IMG/VR virus record: IMGVR_UViG_3300028599_000011
Coordinates: 1 to 36,828 of that record
Source: a virus
Lineage: Duplodnaviria; Caudoviricetes
Length of the DNA stretch: 36,828 bases
Direction: 5' to 3' (one strand)
In this document: positions 19,399 to 28,217 of the stretch, in pieces
Layout: every line of letters begins with the position of its first letter
How positions within the stretch are numbered: position 1 is the first letter of the stretch
Notes under the pieces: model-generated
What the model saw: the letters and a program-made list of their open reading frames with translations, nothing else
Databases searched by the model: none
Told to the model about the DNA's origin: nothing
Made by a program: the position numbers and the translations under genes

Positions 19399-19974
19399 AT
19401 GGGATTATTAGACACCATCACAGGCGGGAATCAGAGTAGTCAAAGATCCTTTATTGACCCGAATCAAGCGCCGCTGCTCAATCAATATTATAGCGAACTA
19501 GGAGGCCCACGAGGGATTGATCCGAAAGTTACGGAACAACTTCAAGGCGGACTAGGAGAGCTTAATCCCGCTGTTATGGAAGGGCTTCTTTCAACGATAC
19601 GAGGCGATTATTTACCTGGTAGCGAGACGTTTGGTGATCAAATGGAAGCGATAGGACGGGAAATACAGCCTCAGCTTGCGTCTCAATTTGGAACAGCAGG
19701 ACGATTTGGTTCAGGACTTCACAAGCTTGGATTTGGTAAAGCCTTAACAGATGCTGGTACCGGATTATTCCAACAAGAACGTAACAGACAACAAAGTGCG
19801 ATATCAGGCGCACCCGGGATATTTAATAATCTAAACCAGATGAATTATGATCAACCTTATTCCGGCATGGATGCATACAGAAAACGTATCGGAAATCCTA
19901 CCGTATTGTCTGAGGGGACGAGCTCATCCTCTCCTGGTTTGGGTGGTTTGGTTGGCTTTGATATAAATTATTAG
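19399..19974 (+). CDS. Putative DNA ejection (pilot) protein 1
   Basis: G/Q/S-rich, QFGTAGRFGSG motif; position. Confidence 0.7.
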   Translation: MGLLDTITGGNQSSQRSFIDPNQAPLLNQYYSELGGPRGIDPKVTEQLQGGLGELNPAVMEGLLSTIRGDYLPGSETFGDQMEAIGREIQPQLASQFGTAGRFGSGLHKLGFGKALTDAGTGLFQQERNRQQSAISGAPGIFNNLNQMNYDQPYSGMDAYRKRIGNPTVLSEGTSSSSPGLGGLVGFDINY

Positions 19975-19981
19975 GTGAATC

Positions 19982-20974
19982 ATGGCATTATTTAACTTTA
20001 AAAGCGATCAAGGGCGTGGCCGCAGAGAAGCTGCGTTAAGGGATTTACAGCAAAGCCTTTATAAGCCAGGTGAAATGACCACACAGCCAATGGAAGGACC
20101 ATTATTGGCCGGTCAAGCACGTCCTGAGATTACCGCCCAGAATGAAGCGACAGGGCTCTTGTCGGGTCGGCCTGAATATGCAAAATTTGTCACCTCTGCT
20201 TTAGGAACTCAATATGGCGGGGATGTTATGAAAGGGTTATTGTCTCAAATGGGCGGCGGCCAGGCGGGGTATAAAAATGTCACTCAGGACGATCTAGGGA
20301 ATTGGTACGGTTTAAATCCAGCAAACGGACAAGTAGAGCAAATACCTGTATCTGGAGGCGATTTTACAAAATATAAATCAGTCCAGTCAGTTGATTCAAG
20401 CGGCAGACCAATTGTAGAGCTTGTATCACCAGGATTATTAAAGAAAGAAAGTGGTGACAGTAGGATCACAGTCGGTAAGAAAAGCTTTAGTGAGGGTCAA
20501 ACGACCTCAGCAACTTTTGCCGATCAAATGGTTAGAGCAACCCAAGGCATAAATTCTTTAGTTAAAGAAGGGTTCAATCCAGCTAATCTTGAAGATTACG
20601 CCGCTGGAAAAATCCCGGTGATTGGAAACTACATGGCGAGCGATGCCGCCAGGCTGTATAGACAATCCCAAGAAAGCTGGGTAAGGGCTAAACTGCGTAA
20701 AGAATCAGGCGCGGTTATTGGTGCGGATGAAATGCGGGATGAGATATCGACATACTTCCCTAAACCAGGCGACTCCACAGCGGTAATTAATCAAAAAGCC
20801 AAAGCAAGAGAAACAGCAACAAGAGGACTGGTTAATCAGTCTCAGGGTGCATTTGAAGCGTTAAACCCTGATTCATATCAGCTATATAAAAAACCAGGCG
20901 ACCGAGGCGCGCCTAAAAAATCAATCGCAGATATGACAGACGCAGAATTAGAGGCTATTATCAGTGGCAACTAA
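19982..20974 (+). CDS. Putative DNA ejection protein 2
   Basis: LRKESGAVIG.DE...YFP.PGD motif; position. Confidence 0.7.
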   Translation: MALFNFKSDQGRGRREAALRDLQQSLYKPGEMTTQPMEGPLLAGQARPEITAQNEATGLLSGRPEYAKFVTSALGTQYGGDVMKGLLSQMGGGQAGYKNVTQDDLGNWYGLNPANGQVEQIPVSGGDFTKYKSVQSVDSSGRPIVELVSPGLLKKESGDSRITVGKKSFSEGQTTSATFADQMVRATQGINSLVKEGFNPANLEDYAAGKIPVIGNYMASDAARLYRQSQESWVRAKLRKESGAVIGADEMRDEISTYFPKPGDSTAVINQKAKARETATRGLVNQSQGAFEALNPDSYQLYKKPGDRGAPKKSIADMTDAELEAIISGN

Positions 20975-23024
20975 AGAACAAGCAATGCAGGAAATGGCGC
21001 GACGTGAACTAGCAAAACGCAAAAGTCAGATCAAACCAGCAGTTCCTGATTATTCGGAAGTCTTTAAGGCAGATGATAAAAATCTAAGTAATTTGTACGG
21101 TTTTAAACGCCCGATTGGATTACATGCCAGGTCTAGCCTTCAGGGGCTAGGGAGTATGGCTGATTTTATTGGTACACCCATTCGCCTTGGAGTGCAGGCG
21201 GCTGGCATGGACGACCCATCTGGCGGCGGCAAAAGACTGGCTGATTATCTTAATCTCCCTAAACCTGAGAACCCAACAGAACGCGTTACATCCGGGATCA
21301 ATGAGATTATCGCAGGTGGGGCTGGGCTGGGAACAATCGCAAAAGCCGGATCTTTAGCTGCAAACGCAGGCTCAACAACCAGTAATGTGCTCAAAACAAT
21401 GGCTTCAGGGCGAGGAATGCAGCTATCTTCTGCGGTGGGAGCTGGTACCGCCGGGGGCTTAGCAAAAGAATCGGGGGCTGGCCCGGTTGCACAAGTGATC
21501 GCTTCTGTTATAGGAGGAGTAGGCACACCTTTAAGTATTGAAGGTGGAAAGAGAGCACTGAACGCCGGTAAAGCTGTGTATCAGAAATTAGCAAAAGATC
21601 CTAAAGTCTTGGCTAAAATCGACTTAATTCTGGAGTCTGCTGCAAAACAACAAGGTATAAAGTTTGGTGATATCGCTGCTAATGTTAAAAACCAACTTCA
21701 CAAAGATATGAAGGAGTCTTTAAAGCGTGGTGAAATGTCTCCGGATGTCGTTCGCCGTTTAATTGATTATCGCACCACAGGCTTAACCCCTACTGCGGGA
21801 TCGTTAACATTAGACCCGGGTATTGTGACAAAACAGAAGAACCTGGCCAAGTTAGGGGCCAACAGTAAAGACCCAAGGTTAGAGAGGCTTTCTAAAATAG
21901 AAGGGGAAAATAATACAAAGCTGATTGAAAATATCAATAAACTCGGCGCAGATAAAGCAGGGAGTAATGCCGCAACAGGTCAAAAGATTATTGATACATT
22001 AGATGATCAAGCCTCGACCGCCAGCAAAAAAATAGACTTGCTATACAAGAATGCCAGGGGAACAGAAGGAAGAAGCGCTAAATTAGATCCCAGCCACTTC
22101 ACCCAAAAGGCAAATAATCTGCTGGATGAGGCGATGATAGGCGGGAAGCTCCCTGCCGATGTCAGAAACAATCTAAATAAGATCGCTAAAGGTGAAACCC
22201 CGCTAACTGTTGATGTCGCTGAACAATTTAAAACTAATATCGCTGCATTACAACGCGCCACAATAGACAAGGCCGAGAAGATGGCATTAGGGGCGGTCAG
22301 AGAGGCGCTTGACGACACGCCTATGCTAGCAGGTCAAAACCTTGGTAAAGATGCTATAAAAGCATTTAATAAAGCCAGAACCGCAAACAGAGAATGGATG
22401 AAAAACGTCGAGAATATACCGGCATTAAAAGCCGTAGTTGATGGTGTTGAGCCTGATAAATTTGTGCAAACGTACATCACTGGGGCAGGCAAAGATGCAT
22501 CAATCAACAATGTTAGGAAATTAAAAAATGCTATGAAGAACAATCCAGAGGCCATCAGCGCAGTAAAAGACAATATTGCTCAATTTTTAAAGAGCAAAGC
22601 TTTAAGCGGGGCTGCAGATGAGGTTGGCAGTTTTAGTCAGTCTGGGTTTAATAAGGCATTAACGTCTATCGGTAATGATAAGTTAAAGATATTTTTTTCT
22701 GGCCCAGAATATAGAGCATTAAAAGCGATCGGAAGGGTGGCAAGTTACGAACAAGTTCAACCTAGAGGATCGGCGGTTAATAATTCAAATACCGCATCGA
22801 CCGCTATAGCGGCGGTTTTAGATAGAATAGGCGGGAGCCCGCTTCTTAGGAAAATCCCGTTAGGCGCTGAAATTGTTAGCAATCCTATAAAATCTGTCTC
22901 AATGGGAATACAAGCAAATAAGATGGCTCAATTACCAACAGCGGCAGCAGCAGCAAAACAACCTTTATCTAGAGGATTAGTCGTGCCTGGGGCAGCAATA
23001 TTAAGCTCACAAGGGGCGGAATAA
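20964..23024 (+). CDS. Putative large DNA ejection protein 3
   Basis: Gly/Ala-rich hydrophobic segments then a long helical body; NNSNTA near the C-terminus; GTG start. Confidence 0.72.
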   Translation: MATKEQAMQEMARRELAKRKSQIKPAVPDYSEVFKADDKNLSNLYGFKRPIGLHARSSLQGLGSMADFIGTPIRLGVQAAGMDDPSGGGKRLADYLNLPKPENPTERVTSGINEIIAGGAGLGTIAKAGSLAANAGSTTSNVLKTMASGRGMQLSSAVGAGTAGGLAKESGAGPVAQVIASVIGGVGTPLSIEGGKRALNAGKAVYQKLAKDPKVLAKIDLILESAAKQQGIKFGDIAANVKNQLHKDMKESLKRGEMSPDVVRRLIDYRTTGLTPTAGSLTLDPGIVTKQKNLAKLGANSKDPRLERLSKIEGENNTKLIENINKLGADKAGSNAATGQKIIDTLDDQASTASKKIDLLYKNARGTEGRSAKLDPSHFTQKANNLLDEAMIGGKLPADVRNNLNKIAKGETPLTVDVAEQFKTNIAALQRATIDKAEKMALGAVREALDDTPMLAGQNLGKDAIKAFNKARTANREWMKNVENIPALKAVVDGVEPDKFVQTYITGAGKDASINNVRKLKNAMKNNPEAISAVKDNIAQFLKSKALSGAADEVGSFSQSGFNKALTSIGNDKLKIFFSGPEYRALKAIGRVASYEQVQPRGSAVNNSNTASTAIAAVLDRIGGSPLLRKIPLGAEIVSNPIKSVSMGIQANKMAQLPTAAAAAKQPLSRGLVVPGAAILSSQGAE

Positions 23025-23081
23025 CCAAGAAAGGATAATTTGAGAGATAATGTATCCCAGTAAAATTGGGTCTATTTCCAT
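23007..23081 (-). CDS. 24-aa hydrophobic peptide MEIDPILLGYIISQIILSWLFRPL, probably leaderless
   Basis: Hand translation; ATG 6 nt downstream of a consensus -10 hexamer. Confidence 0.55.
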   Translation of the reverse strand: MEIDPILLGYIISQIILSWLFRPL

Positions 23082-23087
23082 AACTTA

Positions 23088-23116
23088 ATTATACCACTGT
23101 CGGGAGGCAGCGACAA
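23088..23116 (-). promoter_or_regulatory. Strong antisense sigma70 promoter
   Basis: Minus strand TTGTCG-17 nt-TATAAT with extended -10 (TGgTATAAT). Confidence 0.7.
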
Positions 23117-24072
23117 TGCCAGACGTAGAAGATTATTCAACCACAGCGGCGAGCAATACGACTGATTTTCCTGAAGGGCAAGCACCCTCCACGGTTAATA
23201 ATGCAGGACGTGAAACGCAAGCCGATATAGCTGCAATGTATCAGCGCGACAATGCCATAATTACAGCAGGCGGCACAGCGGACGCTCTTACGGGCACTTT
23301 CTCACCTGCTCATACAACAGATGTGGCCGGACGAGTGGTTATTGTTCAAGCGGCCTCTAATAATGCAACAACAACCCCAACGTTCCAGCTTGACTCTCTA
23401 ACAGCCAGGACCATCACCAAGGATGGCGGGGTGGCTTTAGCAGCTGGAGACATAAAAGCAGGCAGTTTTATAATCCTTAAGTATGATCTGACTAATACTG
23501 TGTGGGAGCTGTTAAACCCGATGAGGGCTCCAACAGCCGCAACGGGCGCAAGCATGGTTTTACTCGCAACTCAAACCGCATCAAACAGCGCCACGGTTGA
23601 TTTTACAACCAATATCGACGGGACTTACGATCATTATGTTATCAAATTCACTAACGTAGATATAGCGACAACAGGATCAACTTTATATATGAGGTTCTCT
23701 ATCGCTGGTACTTTTGTTACAGCGGGTAATTATAGATGGATGAATAACGAGAATTACGCCGCCGCCACTACCACGCCTTTAGGTAGCGCTTCCGATACTG
23801 TCTTTAGAATAGCTAACTCAATGAGTGCCGATCCGACTGGCAACGCTTATTCAGCATTAGAAGGCGAGATTCACCTCAGCTCACCGGATAATACAACTTA
23901 TGATACCAGGTATTGGGGTCATGTTACGTATGAGAGCACTGCAGACTTCACTACGGCTATTTTAGGGGGAAACCTTAGAGATACCGCAGCAGTAGACGGG
24001 GTTAGGTTTTATCCATCATCAGGAAATATAAATTCTGGTTTATTCAGACTTTATGGAATAAAGGACGCTTAA
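23116..24072 (+). CDS. Tail fibre / receptor-binding protein
   Basis: PEGQAPSTVNN anchor, AGGTADALT module, C-terminal domain LLATQTASNSA...SGNINSGLFRLYGIK. Confidence 0.75.
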   Translation: MPDVEDYSTTAASNTTDFPEGQAPSTVNNAGRETQADIAAMYQRDNAIITAGGTADALTGTFSPAHTTDVAGRVVIVQAASNNATTTPTFQLDSLTARTITKDGGVALAAGDIKAGSFIILKYDLTNTVWELLNPMRAPTAATGASMVLLATQTASNSATVDFTTNIDGTYDHYVIKFTNVDIATTGSTLYMRFSIAGTFVTAGNYRWMNNENYAAATTTPLGSASDTVFRIANSMSADPTGNAYSALEGEIHLSSPDNTTYDTRYWGHVTYESTADFTTAILGGNLRDTAAVDGVRFYPSSGNINSGLFRLYGIKDA

Positions 24073-24073
24073 C

Positions 24074-24538
24074 ATGTTATACGACGAAAACGGAGTATTA
24101 TTATCTGATACCGCAGAAAAAGCATTTATGGATCAGTGGGCGATTGATGGCTTAGATAAGCCCCGCACAAGGACTTATAAAGATGGGCATATAGCACTGT
24201 CATTGGTCGAAATCACAGAGTTTGAGACAGAATGGGCGGCTAATAAAGCTGAATCAGATGAGATTAATCGAGTCACCGGCATAAAAACCGAGGCCGCAAA
24301 TAGAATTATTGCCCTTTTACCGCCGAGCAATGAGCCTAATTTCTTGATCCGAGAGAATAACTTACAAGCAAGAATGAGTTATTTACAAAGAAAAGAATAC
24401 AAAGGTACTGTGACTCTGGCTGAAACAGCCGAATTAGATGCTGGAGAGGCTTTATGGTTGAAAATAGAGCAGATTAGAGCTTTAGAAGGCTCCGCCACGA
24501 CTTTAGAGCAGTTTATTATTGACCTGGATTTATTGTGA
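24074..24538 (+). CDS. Putative tail fibre assembly protein
   Basis: Helical acidic protein directly after the fibre gene. Confidence 0.55.
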   Translation: MLYDENGVLLSDTAEKAFMDQWAIDGLDKPRTRTYKDGHIALSLVEITEFETEWAANKAESDEINRVTGIKTEAANRIIALLPPSNEPNFLIRENNLQARMSYLQRKEYKGTVTLAETAELDAGEALWLKIEQIRALEGSATTLEQFIIDLDLL

Positions 24539-25077
24539 GTAACCTTAAAAACAAGATTATCAATAACATTATCGAGGTTGAGGGCGGTTTTGTGGATAAC
24601 CCCCATGACTCAGGCGGCCCGACTAACTACGGAATTACTGAGCGTGTAGCCCGGCAAAACGGGTATTTAGGGTATATGCGAGACATCCCAGAGGCGACTG
24701 CCTTTGAAATCTACTCCCGAAAGTACTGGGATAGACTTCATTTAGACTCGGTTGAATCAATTAGCTTTTTGCTCGCAGAAGAAATTGCCGACACTGGTGT
24801 AAACATGGGTACTAAACGAGCCGCCGCCTTTGTGCAAAGATCGTTAAACGTCCTGAACCGGCGCGGTAGTGATTATGACGATCTGGTTGTCGATGGTGAA
24901 CTTGGCCCCGCTACAGTCAGAACATTAGGCGAATATTTAAGCCTTCGCGGCAAGTCCGGAGAAGTGGTACTTTTTAAGATGCTCAATGCTTTACAGGGAG
25001 CTTTCTACGTAGAACTGGCTGAAAGAAGGGAAAAAGACGAAACCTTTATATTCGGATGGTTTAAAAACAGAATTTAA
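24535..25077 (+). CDS. Endolysin, glycosyl hydrolase 108 plus PG_binding_3
   Basis: EGGFVDNPHDSGGPTNYGIT catalytic motif, VDGELGPAT, FIFGWFKNRI end. Confidence 0.93.
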   Translation: MSNLKNKIINNIIEVEGGFVDNPHDSGGPTNYGITERVARQNGYLGYMRDIPEATAFEIYSRKYWDRLHLDSVESISFLLAEEIADTGVNMGTKRAAAFVQRSLNVLNRRGSDYDDLVVDGELGPATVRTLGEYLSLRGKSGEVVLFKMLNALQGAFYVELAERREKDETFIFGWFKNRI

Positions 25078-25108
25078 CGAGTAAGAATACTAACAATAAG
25101 GATCAGTT

Positions 25109-25486
25109 ATGGACGTAAAAACAGCTTTGATTGTTTTTAATATATTTATTGGCGTTTTTATGTTTTTTATGGGCATTATTATAACCAGGACAAATAATCG
25201 GCTGAAAGAACAGCATGACGATTTTTCCGCAGAGCGCACAGCCACTGAGACTAAATTTGTAACGATTCATAGTAAAATTGATGAGGTTAAAGAAAAAATG
25301 AAAGATTATATGCCGGAGGATAGAGTCGTTTCGTTTGTTGATCGAACAGTGGAACCGCTAAAAGACAATCTAAACGGATTGAATATAAAAGTTGATAAGG
25401 TGTTTGAAGTAACATCACAGATTAGTAGTGATCAGAGGGTATCTAATACAATGCTCAAATCTTTTATCGAAGATCAAAAAGAGTAA
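25109..25486 (+). CDS. Membrane-anchored coiled-coil protein in the lysis cassette
   Basis: One N-terminal TM helix followed by heptads. Confidence 0.6.
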   Translation: MDVKTALIVFNIFIGVFMFFMGIIITRTNNRLKEQHDDFSAERTATETKFVTIHSKIDEVKEKMKDYMPEDRVVSFVDRTVEPLKDNLNGLNIKVDKVFEVTSQISSDQRVSNTMLKSFIEDQKE

Positions 25487-25502
25487 AGCCTAGGGGTAAA
25501 AA

Positions 25503-25709
25503 ATGAATCCAAACTGGAAAGTACGTCGAACCATCATCATATCCACACTGTTATTCTGTGCCGGCATCGTGATTAAAATCGTCTGGTCTGGAACTGATAA
25601 TCCAACAACTCAAGTAGTGCTATACTGTAACTATGGACTGGCCGCGTCTGTTATAGGTTCTTATGTATTCGGCGCAGTATGGGACGATAAAACTAAAAAG
25701 AAGGGGTAG
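25503..25709 (+). CDS. Putative holin (2 TM)
   Basis: 68 aa, two hydrophobic helices, charged C-tail; between endolysin and spanins. Confidence 0.7.
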   Translation: MNPNWKVRRTIIISTLLFCAGIVIKIVWSGTDNPTTQVVLYCNYGLAASVIGSYVFGAVWDDKTKKKG

Positions 25710-25711
25710 AT

Positions 25712-25996
25712 ATGCTGGGAAAATACAAGATATATATCCAAATTGTCGCCTTAATCTCTTTCGGGTTCTTTATGTACAAGGCCGGTGCAAATGGCGTAGT
25801 GGCTAAAATGTTTCACGTGGAACAAGCCGAAAAAGCCAAAGACGTAGAAAAGGTCAAAGATGTCAACGAAGCCAAAGTAAAAGAGAGGGTTATCTATCGT
25901 GATAAAATCATCAAAGTTAAGACTGTTAATGCTACTGCCTGCGCTGATATTAATTTCAACGACATGGGGCTGTACAAGCGCACCTCAGAGGATTAA
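25712..25996 (+). CDS. Rz: Inner-membrane spanin
   Basis: N-terminal TM, charged helix, C-terminal Cys; overlapped by a lipoprotein ORF. Confidence 0.7.
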   Translation: MLGKYKIYIQIVALISFGFFMYKAGANGVVAKMFHVEQAEKAKDVEKVKDVNEAKVKERVIYRDKIIKVKTVNATACADINFNDMGLYKRTSED

Positions 25997-26138
25997 ACCT
26001 GACGGAGCCTTAACTGTACCGGCTGAGACTGTCGAGCTCCACTGGTCTGATACGCCTCGTACATGCGCGGTTAAAGTTCTGCAATGTGAAGAAATCTTAA
26101 AAGACGTGAATGCCAGGTTTAAGGCTATTCGGGAGTAA
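25929..26138 (+). CDS. Rz1: Outer-membrane spanin lipoprotein
   Basis: MLLPALILISTTWG-C lipobox-like signal, Pro-rich linker, overlaps the i-spanin in another frame. Confidence 0.7.
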   Translation: MLLPALILISTTWGCTSAPQRIKPDGALTVPAETVELHWSDTPRTCAVKVLQCEEILKDVNARFKAIRE

Positions 26139-26301
26139 GAGTTAATTCTATTTTTTCCTTTAAAAGCTCCATTATCTGTAAATCGATATCATCAGAACGA
26201 TTCGTGTAAAACCTGTAAACAAGGAAATTACCTAAATTCTGATAATGTTTGTTTAACCTGCTTCTATGTTTAGCTAAGAAACTCGCCGTTTCTTCATTCA
26301 T
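26125..26301 (-). CDS. Hypothetical 58-aa protein (not in ORF track)
   Basis: MNEETASFLAKHRS...LTPE; TGATG coupling to the upstream gene. Confidence 0.55.
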   Translation of the reverse strand: MNEETASFLAKHRSRLNKHYQNLGNFLVYRFYTNRSDDIDLQIMELLKEKIELTLTPE

Positions 26302-26849
26302 CACGTAACCCCTAATTGTCGTAGAGCTTCATTTAACCGCTCTTTTGATTGCACCCATTGAACATGGGCTTTCTGAGTTTTATTAGCCCTTCTACTGTAA
26401 ATTAACCTTGTTGTATACTCTTTATCTTGACATTCTAAAATATCACTAACACCCCGCTCAAGCTTCTCGTTTCTGGCTTTTAGCTTTTTGTTTTCTGCTA
26501 GCACCGCTATTAATTTAGCTGGGTTGACCTCACTTTCATGCAACATTTCAATCTCTTTATCTTTCTGCTCAAGCTGTTCACTTAATCCGGCTGTCATATT
26601 GTTAATTTGAGTAATTACACCGGCAACAGAAGCGAATAACTTAAACTCAGGTGATTCGTTTTTATAGTGGCGATTATATATAGCTAAAGCTAAACTATCG
26701 GCTTCTTGTTTTGATTGCTCAAGCTGTTCTTGTAGGTCTTTGTAATCGTCATAACTAACAAACTCAGTCCCTACAGGCTGACTACTGCAAACATAAAATG
26801 GGCGCTCTGACGCTCTATCAAAAATAATTACTTTAATTAAATCACTCAT
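26301..26849 (-). CDS. Ead/Ea22-like mosaic coiled-coil protein
   Basis: EFVSYDDYKDL motif then heptads; internal 14-bp direct repeat. Confidence 0.55.
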   Translation of the reverse strand: MSDLIKVIIFDRASERPFYVCSSQPVGTEFVSYDDYKDLQEQLEQSKQEADSLALAIYNRHYKNESPEFKLFASVAGVITQINNMTAGLSEQLEQKDKEIEMLHESEVNPAKLIAVLAENKKLKARNEKLERGVSDILECQDKEYTTRLIYSRRANKTQKAHVQWVQSKERLNEALRQLGVT

Positions 26850-27181
26850 CCCTCTAACCTCTCAACGTATTCAATGGTAACTTTTAATCTTGCTTCACTT
26901 GGTGAGTCACCTTCTTCTTGAATTAAATAGCTTGGATTAGTTTCAGTCCAGATTGAAGCAAGCCACTGTGTACCTAGAGGCTGAGTATGTATTTTAAATT
27001 CCCTTTCAAGCGCGCTATCTTGGTCTGCGTTTTCGAGTGTGTTAAAAGAGTCTAGGTAAATATAACCACCGTGAGCTAATTTACGAACATCATCTACTGA
27101 TTGAGTTATACCGCGTTTTTTGTCGAGTATTTTATATCCCATAAACTCTGCTAATTTTTTAACCTGCTCCGGTTTAATCAT
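26846..27181 (-). CDS. Hypothetical protein (NinX-like)
   Basis: KLAEFMG...G.SP.EA pattern; ATG 27181 follows AGGTG. Confidence 0.55.
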   Translation of the reverse strand: MIKPEQVKKLAEFMGYKILDKKRGITQSVDDVRKLAHGGYIYLDSFNTLENADQDSALEREFKIHTQPLGTQWLASIWTETNPSYLIQEEGDSPSEARLKVTIEYVERLEG

Positions 27182-27190
27182 CTTGTTCAC

Positions 27191-27451
27191 CTATATAGCT
27201 AGTCTAGGAAATTCAAAAGCACCACCACCGCATTGTGCTCCTATTGCAATATATTTTTCCTTCGGCATATTTATTACTACGGCACCAGATGTACAGTTTT
27301 CATTTACATATTCAGGATTTTCATTCTTCCATTTAGTCATAACTTTTTTTAAGTAGTCATCACCGGCACTGGTTTCAAACCAAAGATTTTTACCAGAAGG
27401 TAATACCAAACAGCAAACTTCTACATATTCTATATTAACTATCTCACTCAT
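27191..27451 (-). CDS. Hypothetical protein
   Basis: ATG 27451 follows AGGTG; flanked by a 21-bp direct repeat. Confidence 0.6.
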   Translation of the reverse strand: MSEIVNIEYVEVCCLVLPSGKNLWFETSAGDDYLKKVMTKWKNENPEYVNENCTSGAVVINMPKEKYIAIGAQCGGGAFEFPRLAI

Positions 27452-27471
27452 CTTATTCACCTATATAGTTG

Positions 27472-27753
27472 TTAGTCTTTAATTTTCCACGGTTCTAAGT
27501 TAGTTGGTTTTTTGTACCTAACTACAACCATTTCAGGAGAAACTAAAGCCATATAATAAGTTTTCTCATTATCCCCTAGACACTGAACGGCTTCTTCTTC
27601 CGTTCTTCCCTCCCAGCAAGATTTTGACCATCTTGGATAGTTCGGATGCCAACCGAACCACACATATTTAGGCTTGAACCTTTCCGGCATCTCAAAAGGA
27701 GGGATAAGCTCTATTAATTTATTTAGCTCTGCTTCATTAATCACAATTATCAC
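27472..27753 (-). CDS. Hypothetical Trp-rich protein
   Basis: GTG-start ORF just downstream of the tRNA-like element. Confidence 0.6.
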   Translation of the reverse strand: MIIVINEAELNKLIELIPPFEMPERFKPKYVWFGWHPNYPRWSKSCWEGRTEEEAVQCLGDNEKTYYMALVSPEMVVVRYKKPTNLEPWKIKD

Positions 27754-27767
27754 CGTTACTCTTTAAA

Positions 27768-27844
27768 TGGTGACGCAAGGTAGGAATCAAACCTACGAAA
27801 CACTTGGTAATGAACCAAGCTGCTAATTCTCCGCATTCTCCGCC
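27768..27844 (-). tRNA. Degenerate tRNA-like gene, anticodon CAT (Met/Ile2-like), CCA encoded
   Basis: Acceptor GGCGGAG/CTTGCGTC (bulged), D stem TGC/GCA, anticodon arm CTTGG-TTCATTA-CCAAG, T arm GTAGG-TTTGATT-CCTAC, ends ACCA. Confidence 0.7.
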
Positions 27845-27850
27845 ATTAAA

Positions 27851-27878
27851 TGGTAGTCAGGGCATACACCACCTGACT
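27851..27878 (-). ncRNA. tRNA acceptor-stem microhelix (collapsed tRNA)
   Basis: AGTCAGG-TGGTGTATGC-CCTGACT-A-CCA: perfect 7-bp stem, discriminator and CCA. Confidence 0.55.
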
Positions 27879-27886
27879 GTTAAACT

Positions 27887-28060
27887 TTATATTAAAGGCT
27901 CGCCTGTTGTCGCGTTTCTCATTTTACCAAGCTGTTCTTTTAAATCCTTTTCTAATAATTCGTTTTCTTCGGCTTCAGTTCTTGGCTCTAATCCTTTATT
28001 TAACTCAGGATTAATTATGTTGTTGAACGCATACTCAAAAGAACTTATTTTCTTAGTCAT
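27887..28060 (-). CDS. Hypothetical 57-aa protein (not in ORF track)
   Basis: MTKKISSFEYAF...GEPLI; GGGGGAG RBS. Confidence 0.6.
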   Translation of the reverse strand: MTKKISSFEYAFNNIINPELNKGLEPRTEAEENELLEKDLKEQLGKMRNATTGEPLI

Positions 28061-28068
28061 ATCTCCCC

Positions 28069-28215
28069 CTAACCTTTATCCTGTTTAATTAACGACTCAT
28101 ACAAAATAATAATAGCCGCATCTTTAGTGTCTACCCCGAGTATGTCCATAATCTTTTTAACCTGGGCATCTTCAAGCTCTTCATTCGGCTTTATGGCTGT
28201 GTGATCGTCGTTCAT
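28069..28215 (-). CDS. Hypothetical 48-aa protein MNDDHTAIKP...QDKG (not in ORF track)
   Basis: GGAG RBS; its 5' and 3' ends recur elsewhere as repeats. Confidence 0.6.
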   Translation of the reverse strand: MNDDHTAIKPNEELEDAQVKKIMDILGVDTKDAAIIILYESLIKQDKG

Positions 28216-28217
28216 AT

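Noticed and set aside
27804-28088. Plus-strand 94-aa ORF
   Set aside because: Antisense to the tRNA-like elements and to a minus-strand gene with a good RBS
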